From: Laetmonice hystrix
Lineage: Eukaryota
Direction: 5' to 3'
Length of the DNA: 64,000 bases
Assembly (NCBI GenBank): GCA_965235115.1
Contig: OZ249436.1
Span: 30,194,001 to 30,258,000, forward strand
Below the pieces are notes generated by a model that was not told the DNA's origin, searched no databases, and worked only from the letters and a program-made list of their open reading frames with translations. Below, in pieces: positions 1 through 11,800 of the stretch. How positions within the stretch are numbered: the stretch's first letter is position 1; every line of letters starts with the position of its first letter. The position numbers and the translations under genes were made by a program.

Positions 1-121
1 CTCACATTTAAAATAAACACACCGGAAGGCGGTTTTGAGGGTAATGCTACTCAGTTTTGGGTAAGACGGACGAATTGTCACGAGAACTGTGGGCGGACTC
101 TTGCTGACTAGAGATCCAATC

Positions 122-652
122 AATGCTGGTGAGCTGTTCCTTAACGAGAGAGGTCCTCCATGCTGGTGAGTGGTTCCTTAACGAGAGAGGTCATGTACTC
201 CATGCTGGTGAGCTGTTCCTTAACGAGAGAGGTCATATACTCCATGCTGGTGAGCTGTTCCTTAACGAGAGAGGTCCTCCATGCTGGTGAGTGGTTCCTT
301 AACGAGAGAGGTCATGTACTCCATGCTGGTGAGCTGTTCCTTAACGAGAGAGGTCATATACTCCATGCTGGTGAGCTGTTCCTTAACGAGAGAGGTCCTC
401 CATGCTGGTGAGCTGTTCCTTAACGAGAGAGGTCATATACTCCATGCTGGTGAGCTGTTCCTTAACGAGAGAGGTCATACACTCCATGCTGGTGAGCTGT
501 TCCTTAACGAGAGAGGTCATACTCCATTCTGGTGAGCTGTTCCTTAACGAGAGAGGTCATACTCCATTCTGGTGAGCTGTTCCTTAACGAGAGAGGTCAT
601 ATACTCCATGCTGGTGAGCTGTTCCCTAACGAGAGAGGTCATCCTCCATGCT
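122..652. repeat. Minisatellite, 13 units of 37-42 bp (core CATGCTGGTGAGCTGTTCCTTAACGAGAGAGGTC)
   Basis: Unit starts read at 122,159,201,243,280,322,364,401,443,485,525,565,607, plus a partial unit at 647. ORFs 160..411 and 281..535 are translations of the repeat. Confidence 0.97.
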
Positions 653-1184
653 CACCGATCGTAAGCACCAATTATCATTGACCTTGTCGAGGGGATTGTA
701 AGTGAGACAGCCATAACGCCTGCAGTTGACGTTTATATGACATGACTAGGATCGCGATTAACTGAGTGAGTCCCTCTCCTGTTGTAAAACGGACAAAAGA
801 CTGCGTGTATCTCGGGGGCAAGAATGCCGGAACTATCGGGGAAATCGGTGTGACGCCGAAAACCGCCTCGATCCTTCGCGTGAACTCGGCCTATTTTTCC
901 ACTAATAACCCTGGCCCTCGGCTATTATAGATCTACAGCTCCATCGATACCCTCAAGGGATCCAGGAGGCCCTATAGCCTTGTGAATATATAGAGAGCCA
1001 AAAAAGGGAGCCAAACAGAACAAGGAGTCACAGCTTGAGTTGTATGAAGGTTGACTGATCAGAGGACATCTCTGTCGAACAGAACCGTTCCGGGTGTATG
1101 GACCCCGCGGCAGATTTCGTGGGTTCCACACACAACAGCCATATAGAAGTATTTCGGTGCGAGGCCCAGTCAAGTAGAAGGGTC

Positions 1185-1494
1185 TGATCCACAAAGGCGG
1201 TTTCCCTTGCCACGGCCATGCGATTTTTGATTTTTAAAGGGGTAATTTTTTAATCTGAAATCTTTCCTGGCCAACCTTCCATGTTTCACCATCTCAAAAT
1301 CACAGTAAAATACTCAAGGCCCTGATCCACTAAGGTGGTTTTCCTTGCGACGGCCATGCGATTTTGACAGCACCCTTTTATTTTACTGTGATTTTGAGAT
1401 TAAAGGGTGGAACCTTTCCATGCAGAAACAGGGCAGGCCAGCCAGGAAAAATTTCACCATTGATTCAAAAATCGTATGGCCGTCGCAAGGACAA
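1185..1494. mobile_element. Foldback/MITE-like element with nested inverted repeats
   Basis: 1205-1230 vs 1465-1490 are inverted (24/26). 1291-1312 vs 1379-1400 form a perfect 22-bp inverted repeat. A further direct copy of the outer arm lies at about 1323-1367. Confidence 0.6.
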
Positions 1495-4400
1495 TCACAG
1501 TCATGGGCCTGTAGACATGGTCCAGTGCAGAAAGCGTTGGCCTGCTTTGGTTTTAGTGTTGTATGGTACCTAATATCATATCATACCCCGTTTTAACCTT
1601 GGTTGGCGGATATCAGGGGTCATATTGTAATATTATTCTCTAACACTACAGTCGTGAAATAGCCTCTGTGCTAATGTTTGTATTTTATTATATACGACTC
1701 TAAATAAAGTTTATCTTATCTTATCTCATCTTATGGTCAATTCTAATGCAAACACTTTTTATTTCATATTTCCATGTCCATGTATTATATCATGACAAGT
1801 TAATATCTATTTTCAAACTACGAATTTAGGCCTATCATGGCTAAGGAAGGTCCGATACGACGTGTGTACACACGAAGTAATGGCTGGTCTGTTCTGTTAT
1901 CGGGATCGAAGCAAAAGTATTGTTTTGAATTTATCAACGAATTCCTACAGAAGGGAACCCCCAACTAACGGCAGCTAATTAATAAATGTATAGTGACTCA
2001 CGTCATTAAAATCATTCAAGGCACTGATACCATTCTTAAATTAAACTCTTGAAGAAGGGTTTCAACCACCTCGATTTCCAAGAGTCTAGTTTGACACTTG
2101 ATTGATTTATATCCCTCGTGTAAATGACGTTTCAGTTTGGAAACGGTGATAATATTGATAAATCGAACAGATATATTGTTAACCATACCGATAAAGATAT
2201 CGTCACGTGGTGTTCTGACAGATACATTTACCAGATAACGTCTGTAAAAGGAAAGGAAACATTACCCCCTCGAGAGAGACAGAAATGTAAACATTTTTTC
2301 ATACCGCTTTGAAGAATTTCTAAGTATTATGGTATAAAATTGTCACCGTTACGATATCGTTCACGAAGAATGGGAGCCGCTTTCAGTTTGTCGCCGTCGT
2401 GTTGACACCGCCAGGGGGTGCCCACATCACCCTGTCGTCTGAACTGTTGTATAAGTTTTCGTTTATCTATCACTGAGGTATCAGTCTCCATCATTGTACA
2501 CATTCCTTAGGAGCGATAACCTTTCCTTGGCCAAGCAATATATACAGCTTTCTCCGCTCGCATCACCTTTATTCCTCGGTTATTCAGCCATGGAGACAAA
2601 ATAGGAAAAGAGGTGGTTTAATTGGAAGAAAACAGCGGACATAAATTACCGCTGATGTCAGTATTTTGAATGTATCCTTCGCAGTTTTAGTACAAATTGT
2701 CCAAAAGATGTGTAAAAGTAGGTGTTTCTTTGTTCATGTTTTAATACTCGTCACGGTCTGGTGGTGTTCGTGTACCGTGACGTAACCCCTTCCTCACATG
2801 TCACCCCTCTATACCTGCCACCCCCGGGAGCTGTCACACCCGAGAGCTGTCACCCCCCCTGATCTCCAACCCCCCTTCACTGCAGCATATCTTGGTGTCA
2901 CAGATCAAGGACCGGTCTGCCATACAGACCTCGTGGTTTGGCCCTTCTGAAAAGCTAAAGAATGAAATCTCGATTGGCTACCTATACATACTGCCTATCA
3001 CCGACTGACAGAGGCTGACAGAAGCGATGATCTGTCAGGGAGCCACATGTACCAGCGCTATTCTCCTGGCCTTTCAAAAGCGATCCCAGTTAAGGAGACA
3101 TGTTCAGCCAGGGCTTTCATTGAAGCAATTTTGAAGGAAGACCCTGCGGTTACTCGCCGTGTTTCTGTATTGTAATGTAACCGGGTTTAAACCATCTATC
3201 GCCTATTTCTATTGTATTTTCAGAGTTTGAGTTGAAATGCATTCTAACCCCTGTTCAGAAGATATTAAGGAATATCAAATAATTTACATACATGCACCGA
3301 TAATGCGCTTACATACGTAGCTGCATAAAAATGGCAATTTCTTCTTCTTCTTCCCCGGAATTGGCGGGAATAACATGTCATTCTGATTTAAGAGTGGGGT
3401 TAACTTGAAGCGAACGAATGTGACCTCGCACGAGCTTTTGCTGCAGGCTAAATTCTTTAGCCATGATGTAAGTGTGATTGATTTGTTATTTTGTAGATTG
3501 ACAGCAAGTCCCTCCCCACCGAATAATGATAATATTTGGATTTTTCAAGGTCCCAAGGGCATGTAGGCAAGCTTCAACGTGGAATTAGGTAGAAATGTCG
3601 GCACGGCATGCATACAAACTCCTTACTAAGTCTGTCTTGACTTGGATGCTATGAACACGATGGGATCTGCCAGTGGAATTAGCAGAAATTTACAGGACGC
3701 CGCAAGTCAGATTGGAGGTACATTAATTCGATTCAATCTCGGACATATCCCCTCAGGTATTGATTATAACATTCCACAGGCACCGCGGCCCCAGTCCACT
3801 GCCGTAACAAAGGAACTGCCCTGTATAGGAGTGACACTCCTTCCGATGTGGTCCCGTTTTAAGTCGGGTTTAACAACAATGCTGTTTGGAAATGACCTGT
3901 ATACACTAACGTATTGAAGACAGGCATTCGGCCATGCCCTTTCCCTTTGAACTGCCAATGATGGGTAACGTAACGTGCTTTTGGGCCACGGCGGTTCTCC
4001 CATGCAAACAGGTCATCCACCCCGCTTCAAAATATAGCCGTACGATTTCTCCTTACAAATTTTCTAAATACGACACTGCCTGTAAGCGTGTAGCACGGTC
4101 CCACCTTCTCTCAGGATTATCTATTCTTGACCCAATAAAAACCTGGCATCAATTGTTTGTTTATTGCTAAATGGTGAATACTGACAACAATACCCATAAT
4201 TTCTAATACAGAAAACACAAAGCGGCGATTCGAAATGGTATTTTTTTGTATACGCGTCATGCTTTAATGCAAATGCATGAAGATGCTTCATGGCTCTCTG
4301 ATGACGATCTGAGCATTGAATGTTTGAGGTATAGACTCAATTTACTTTATTTCAACAGTTTAGTTCGACATATTCTACCAATGTCACTTTATTGATTAGT

Positions 4401-7400
4401 GATTAGTTTGATGAGGAGCAGCATGTCACTCGTTGCAGGAACCATTGATGTATCTCTCAGTTCACCGGATGTCGCTAACATAGGCCTATAGATGTTTATT
4501 TCTCCGCAGCCAACTAAAACATACTCAGATATTTGACACCTTTAGCTGCTTCTACCTCTCCCAGTCGTGTCGCTTTGAACAACGCAATCTGTTCCAAGTG
4601 GGTTAACCAATTACAGTCATATTCTCTGGAGCCACCCTCTTTGTAAGAACATTCATGAACCCGGAACTGATGGACTTCTATAACATTGAGAAGACCATCC
4701 GGCAATAACCATATTTAGTGACACTGCATATTGCAAACCTGTTCCCACGCATTTGTGAACAAAATCGACAAAGTGTAATTTCCTTCGACTTTATAATTAC
4801 CAGTACGTATTATCTGAAACACCCATAGAATCAGTTCTGAATGGATGGTGACGTTCTTAGGACCTTGTGGGAAATCTCTCCTCTCCCCTGGCTTCTCTCG
4901 GGGCAAGAGGAAATACACTATCATAAAGGGTGAAGACTGGGTTCCAGGCATTAGGAGTCTCTAATGTGAACACAATATTCTTCCGACTTAGTGACTGCAG
5001 AGATTGTCACAGAAATGTTATCAATAGTTAAACAAACAACCAAATAAATAAATCTGATATTAGGATAGAATTCTGAAGGTAATGATATAATAGCTGAACT
5101 CGAATCTCCCGTAGTCGATGTGCTGTACTGGACGGGAACTTGAAGCTCGTGTTATATTTTAATAAGGGTTTCTTCAAATATACATACTCAAGGATAGCTC
5201 AGTTTAACACTTTAAACTGAGCTCCTAGAGTCATTTTCAATGCAGAGAGTTACACTCCTCATACAGTGCGCCCACTTCATTTAACCTAAAAGAGGCATAA
5301 CCGTAGCGAATTCAAACACTCCCTTTTTATACGGATGTGAGTTTCCAGTTGCATTGTATTTCTTGGAACCAGCCCTCCAGCTGTATGATCTGCGAGGTGG
5401 CATACATTATCCAACAAACATTCTCTGTACTTGGGCGACAGTAACACAGGGATAGGTGGCACCCGTCGGTCTGGTCCAAACGACACGCCTAATACCAGTA
5501 AGGGATTGGCGATGGGCTTATGTATATCGGATAGGCTCGCAGGGAATTCCACTGCAGAGAATCTCCATTTTCCTTCCCTTAAAGTGGATACCTGCCAAGT
5601 TACAAAGACCTCCACATTAGCATGACCTTTATGGAGGCGGGTGGATCCATGCATTTTTGCTTCAGTCAGAAATCCACATTACGCCCACAATTCATGATCT
5701 GTTTATCCATAAATCAATGTATTTATCAATGTATTTATGCCTGGGCACAGTTTAAAAAACATCAAAACTGAAGTACTTCCGCTTGAACTTAACGCTTCTG
5801 GTTGACGGATGTGCTTAGACTTAAGTTTAAAAAAAACTTATGTTTTGAAAAACCGCGGGCCATGCTCCTTTAAAACAAACGTTTCACTTGATAAGAATAG
5901 AAACTATCCGGGAAAACGCGACATAGTCTTTTTATTAGGACATTATATTTCGATGCGTCCCCATCAAGATGCCATGATCGGGTGAAAATCTACGATTATA
6001 GCCCCGAGAGGGTATCGTTAATGCTTGACTGTGTACGCAGAGATTGTCACTAAACGACAGATAGCATACGTTAATGTAAATAACGAACATAACGATAGTT
6101 CTTTGTCTTGTTACTCGTTGAAAGATTAACATCTTCATAGCGGGTCAGAACATGTAATTACGGTAGATCGACACGGATCAGGAGACACAGACTTTCCATC
6201 TCCTCCTCATTGTCTTTACCCCAGTCCTAATCTCGCAGGTTACGGACATTTGAATTTGCAGGTGGCCAATCTATGTGTCGTGAATTGCCCTGCGGAGACA
6301 GTAGGTAAATTTGATGTTTGTGATAGTTTCGTAGTTTGTTTCCACCACAGAAAGGAGGTAACATTTGAAGGAAGTATTCAATGAAATGAATGGGACTATA
6401 GGAGAGTCGCTCGTCCTTGGGCATACCTTCTTAGAAATTCGGAAAGCCGTAGTCAAATTAAACGTTCCTTGGGGCGGCTAAATAACATTTTATTCACTAT
6501 ATATATATACACACAAATACATATCTTATGCGACAACTCCTCTACGGTGTTAACTTGTGACAGTTTCTAAGGATCTAGAACGGGAGGTTTTATTCCGTAC
6601 TGCCGGAGGTTTTATCCCTCAAGGATATATCATTGTGAAGCAATGTGTCTGCTGGTCTGATGGTATATATAAGCTAAGCATTGCCTGATAGATTGAAGAC
6701 TTGTGGTGTATTTGCCGTTGTCCTTTGAGAACTATTGATGTTGACTGTTCATTGCTTATTACGGTCATATATCACAAGTGGTTTGCTGGGTTTTGAATGA
6801 ATGAATCCATTCATGTAGGCCTAGTGAGAATTTATGAGATTTTGGGCCAGGTTTGGGAGGTTTGGAGGTTTGGGATACTCTTACCTTAAAGATGAAAACG
6901 CGCCAGGATCAGGTGTTAAATGTCCTACGGTTACCTTTTTCAGTGAAATTTAATGTTAAGAGTATTTCTTCTAAAATGAAATGCCATCCATGCCTTCTAC
7001 TCAAAAAGCGAAGGATTTGCTCAAATACATATAGGACTGTATGGCTGGAATTTACTTTATGATATATGACCCAAGTAAGTTATTGCTTTTAAAGAAATCC
7101 GCTGAATGAGGAAGATCCATAACGCCAACCGTAATAATTACGGCACGCAACACGTCATGACACAGCTACTATACTAGTGATCAAATTAAAGAATGACACT
7201 TTCACTCAGTGTCGGAAGCCTCAACGCAGACCCACTCCTATTCTGAGGTGTTCCTGTAGCTTCGAACTTGCAGCTCATCTGTAAGATGGCTTCCTGAGCG
7301 AGTCGGTAAACTTCCGTCAACAGTACGGGTGTGAACGACGTCCCTGTCAACACGCCTAGCGTTGGGTCGGCGGCTGCTGCTGGCCCGTGTGTAAACGCTT

Positions 7401-8397
7401 GTGGTTTTTGGTCTTCGTGCGGTTACGGTGACAAAAGGTTATGGTCGGATATACATGAGGACCGACCAGGTATTTATAGGTGCATGCAAGGGGCATGATC
7501 CTTGGTTTAGATCCGCGCTTCCTCGCCGCCACAAAAGAGCATTGGCCACAAAAGCCAAAGTCTCATCCTGCTTCAGCACACTCTACTAAGCGCCATTATG
7601 CAGGCTCCCCCGGAAGAGGATAATTTTCCACGGAGGCTTGCATTGTTAAGGAGAAGAATGTAGGGCGTCTACCCCCTACGAACACGTGCGTGTAGGGGCT
7701 GGCATGAAAGATGTCGCTATCATGATGTTATCTCAGCCTTTTGTCATTTTGTATGCTGTTGTTCATGGCCGTAACAAGGATTTCCGAAAGGGGATTCGTT
7801 TTGAGATTTGAGATCGGAGGGTGCGAGCTCTTGGCCAACATAGCCCATAAAATGTTTAAAATCCATTGGTGCAAAACGTTCAAAAACGGATTTAAAGTGA
7901 AGAACGAAAGTACAGCTCAATATAATCTGCACAAAAAGTTGTCCCCCGTTGTCTTTTTGTACACCCCATTTATTTTTATTTAAAAACTTTATTTCTAAAT
8001 TCCCTGCATCAGTAAAGAGGCATTGCCTGCATTCGCTATTTTCTGATCCCACTCGACCACCGCCACTTCCATTAAAAGGAAGTTTTTTTGGTGGTCGAGC
8101 ACGACAATGGACCCTCCTACTTACACATATATTCCGAGATGAGACGGTCTAGATAGGGCTACATATATTTTTACGGGACATTCCACTGTTAAAGTAATCC
8201 TGGCACTGGCTAATTGTGTGATTTTTTTATGGGAAGGACTTTATCTCCACTGTGCACAGACATCAGATGTATATGGAGGCGATCTTGTTTTGGAGGTTTA
8301 GCAAGAAACATTAAACTGACGTACACGTAGGCCTGTCGCGACCTTTTCTGCCTTCCTTAGCTTTTACCCGGAGAGGGGGACGGCACTAAAGGGCATT

Positions 8398-8811
8398 AAT
8401 TAAAGCAATGAGAGAGTATCTCTCATTTCAATGATTCTAAAATGCAGACATCGGCTGTTTGGTTAGATAAGGCCTTAGACTACGTAAAACAATAAATGTA
8501 TACCCACAGACGTGGAGAAATATAATGACATTCAACATTCCAGTTGCCTGTTGTTGCCATGAAGCGAACGTCTCATAGCTGGTTGTTGATCTGGCATTGA
8601 CTTCAGCAGCCAATGAAATTCATCGGTTCATCGCATGCTCAATGCCACCAACCAGCCATGAACAAAATATATAAATGGAATGTTAAATTTCTTTAGATTT
8701 ATCTATTTCTGTGGGGAAATATATTGATTTATGAGGCCTTATCTAACCTAACAGCCCATTTCTGCATTTTGGAGTCATTGAAATGAGAGATATTTGCTGA
8801 TTGCTTTAATT
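8398..8811. mobile_element. About 414-bp imperfect palindrome, foldback MITE-like
   Basis: Outer 80-bp arms (8398-8477, 8732-8811) match 70/80 as reverse complements. Shorter internal arm matches continue towards the centre. Confidence 0.7.
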
Positions 8812-11800
8812 CGATCCTCCCCCAGCTCACAACCTTGATTTTGATGTCAAGCAGGAAAATAACACCTTCCTTCCCTTTCCTTGGTATGTGTCTCATTGAT
8901 CACTATCATCACTGGTGGTGATAAACTTTATGTCCATGAAGAGCGATAAGACGGTTTTCAACATTTTACAGTGCTAGTAAGATATATGGACATTTGACTG
9001 TGACTGTGATTATAAAGGTTAATTGAATCTTAGCTCTCCTCCTCACCGAATGTGTTTTTTACAACACACCACACAGTCATTACAAGAGGAGCCTTTCGGG
9101 TATAATCAGGCTTCCAAGTCATGGGTGGCTTTTAAAAATCGTATTTCCTGCAGTTTGTGTTTTGTGTGTGATACTGCTTTGGTGCTTGGATGCGTTCGAC
9201 TACAAACGGGACTATTTACATACCCTTCAGTGCATACAGACATGTCATACTAAATCTTACTTCAGGTATAAAAAAAACGAAGGTATATTGGCTGATAATG
9301 TACGTATAATATATAACCCCGTAGATATTAGGTACCTAACAAATATTCAAAAAATCTCCTTTTGATCGACATTCTGATATATTTCTTCGGAATACTAATT
9401 AGTTTAAACTGCTATTCAAAGGAAGGCAACGAATATGCGTATGAAAGACAGCAAAGCACACTTGGATAGCGTTACTTTATTAAAAACGAAATGACGTTCT
9501 ACTACATGTGTACTGGCAGTGATATATTTATTCACGATCTGGAGACTGTGTGTGTGTGTGCCGAAGTTTGGAACAACCATATTGGACTTTGGGTCTAGAG
9601 AATTCAAAAAAGACATGTATATCTACGAAATGCTTAGAGTTTCTTTGGTTCCCTCCGCATTCTACAGGTTGGAAGACAAATAGACGCAGCTGAAAAGAGA
9701 AGAAAACAAATAAGTTAAACAAACAAATCTTTCAACATGATATTGTTTGCTGTCTAGAGATTAATATAAATCTACGTCGACCAAGTCGCCAGACCAACCA
9801 TGTGCCACAATTTTTCGCTTTAAACGTTGTCTATGATCAGTAGGACTATTCTAGTACCATTTTGATTTTAAAAAGTGCAGAAAACTAAAGATGTATGTTA
9901 GTGAGTATATGAAGGAGTGAATTGGTGGTTTTTCGCACTGTCGGCAGCAGATCAAAGTCTTTGTGGGATCTATTGTTTCCACGAGTCCCGGATGATGATT
10001 AGAATAACGTGTGAAAGAACCAGCGACGGGGAGGCAATCATCTCCTCTTCTTAGAAATCAATGGCACAAATTCAAGAGAGCAGGACCCAAGCCCATCCTC
10101 ACCCCAAGGGTGATTCGGCAACCCGACTCTCTACCACTTCACCACACCAACACTTGCCGGTGGGGTCTTACAAGGGGTTTACTCGCAACCATTCATACCC
10201 CTGACACCTCCAAGGGGGAAATACGTAAGTGGCGAATGGTCTGAAAACAGAGTGAAGGCCAACGCTTGGATCTATTTGTGTACACCAGACTACACAAAAA
10301 TGATGAGTTACGCACACATTATGTACATAGACAGTGCACTTAATACTGTGTCTCTACAGTCTCTACAAAGTAAATACACTGGTGTGAATTCTACGTTCTC
10401 TTTGGTATTAATTGCATATTTGTCCAGTGGCAAAGGCTGTCGCATTTCCGCACCTCACCACATTGTGACAACATGCACGGAAAATATGAGGAAGAAAGGG
10501 CTTTGGAACATGACGTCAAGGGCCGCACACGAATATACAAACGCACAGTTGACTCTACGTTCCCCTTATGTTAATCTTTACATGCATGGTCTAACCCGAT
10601 GGCGTTTTGTATTACCAATCAAGGAACGAACCAGAGACTGCATGCAAATATTTGCAGGACCTGGTGCGAGGTTTATACGCGAAGAAAATGAAACAGAAAA
10701 AGTGTATAGAAAGGTCGACACACGATTCGATTCATGACTTGTTAGATTTCGTCCAGTCCATGTTAAAAGCGGTAGCTCAATCCTATACAGAAGCAAAATT
10801 ATAAAAAAATATAAGCTGCTGTGTTCCAGTGACAAAATATATCTGTGGTCCTTATTGAATGTTTTAAAGTCTGGCAGCCCTGCGTGAAGAAGACCCTGTC
10901 AATACGATAGGCACGGAGTCTTAAAAACCACCAGGTATTATGCGTGATGCGTGACTACTATTTTTTCTCTTTCATCTTTCCTTAACTTGTGTATCGGTCC
11001 AGACCACTTTCAAATATAATCGTCTGTAGTGGAATTAGTTAGTTGACGCTCATATAAACAGGTCCTATTTGATTCCTTTATGTTAGTCTAAAATCCACCT
11101 TTGAGTACCCTATTGTAATTTTATTCTGGTTCGAGAATAGTCCTCCTTGTATGAAAAACCTTTAAAACACAAGGCACGTGCGCAGACTTCGCGAGTCCTC
11201 AGGAGCCGTGAACGAAATACATTATACCGTTTAAAGGAGGTAAAGTTTCCCACATCAGGGATGGTTACAGCGATCTCAACCACTGCCACAGGGCGTTCCA
11301 CATCAACCCTTCCATCCCCGGGCTGTCCTACATCTAGCAATTGTTGTCCTTTCTTGTAGCATTACAGCATGTACTGCAATGAAAGGCCCGTGGTTCGTAT
11401 ATAAGCCATCGCAAACTTTCACGCAGTCTGAGTCCACAGACCAACATAAAATGGACTTGTATGTATTTAACATAAAGCACAGTGGCCGCATCCATGCACC
11501 ATGTCTCAGTGGTGCGACCATTTTTCAACAACTTGGCCTGGCCTTTGGATCACGAAGTACACACTGGCGTGACTAGTTTCTGATCACAAAGTAAAGCCCG
11601 GGATGGCCTATTTAAGGAGATCGTATAAGCTATACACCTGCCTTCAGTAGTCCTTTGGATAGTGCTAAATGAAGGCAGGCCCCTTGATAAAGTGGAATGA
11701 AATGGTTTACCCTTGGCCATTAGCGGGGCAAAACGCTGACCGAATACCTACGTCAATGGGTTACCCAACTGCCTCGGAATGCGGGAACTTTATATAGTGA

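Noticed and set aside
122-652. CRISPR-like regular repeats
   Set aside because: Units are contiguous with no unique spacers, there are no cas genes, and the context is eukaryotic.
10085-10160. Minus-strand TGGTGAAGTGGTAGAG resembling a tRNA A-box
   Set aside because: No credible B-box or cloverleaf. At most a degenerate SINE head.
10252-10737. 161-aa ORF, the longest upstream of the gene
   Set aside because: No recognisable motif, a GTG start and no convincing exon boundaries. Compatible with chance.
11637-11679. 10-bp perfect hairpin CCTGCCTTCA/TGAAGGCAGG
   Set aside because: Too short for a pre-miRNA, with no other support. Such stems can occur by chance in 64 kb.
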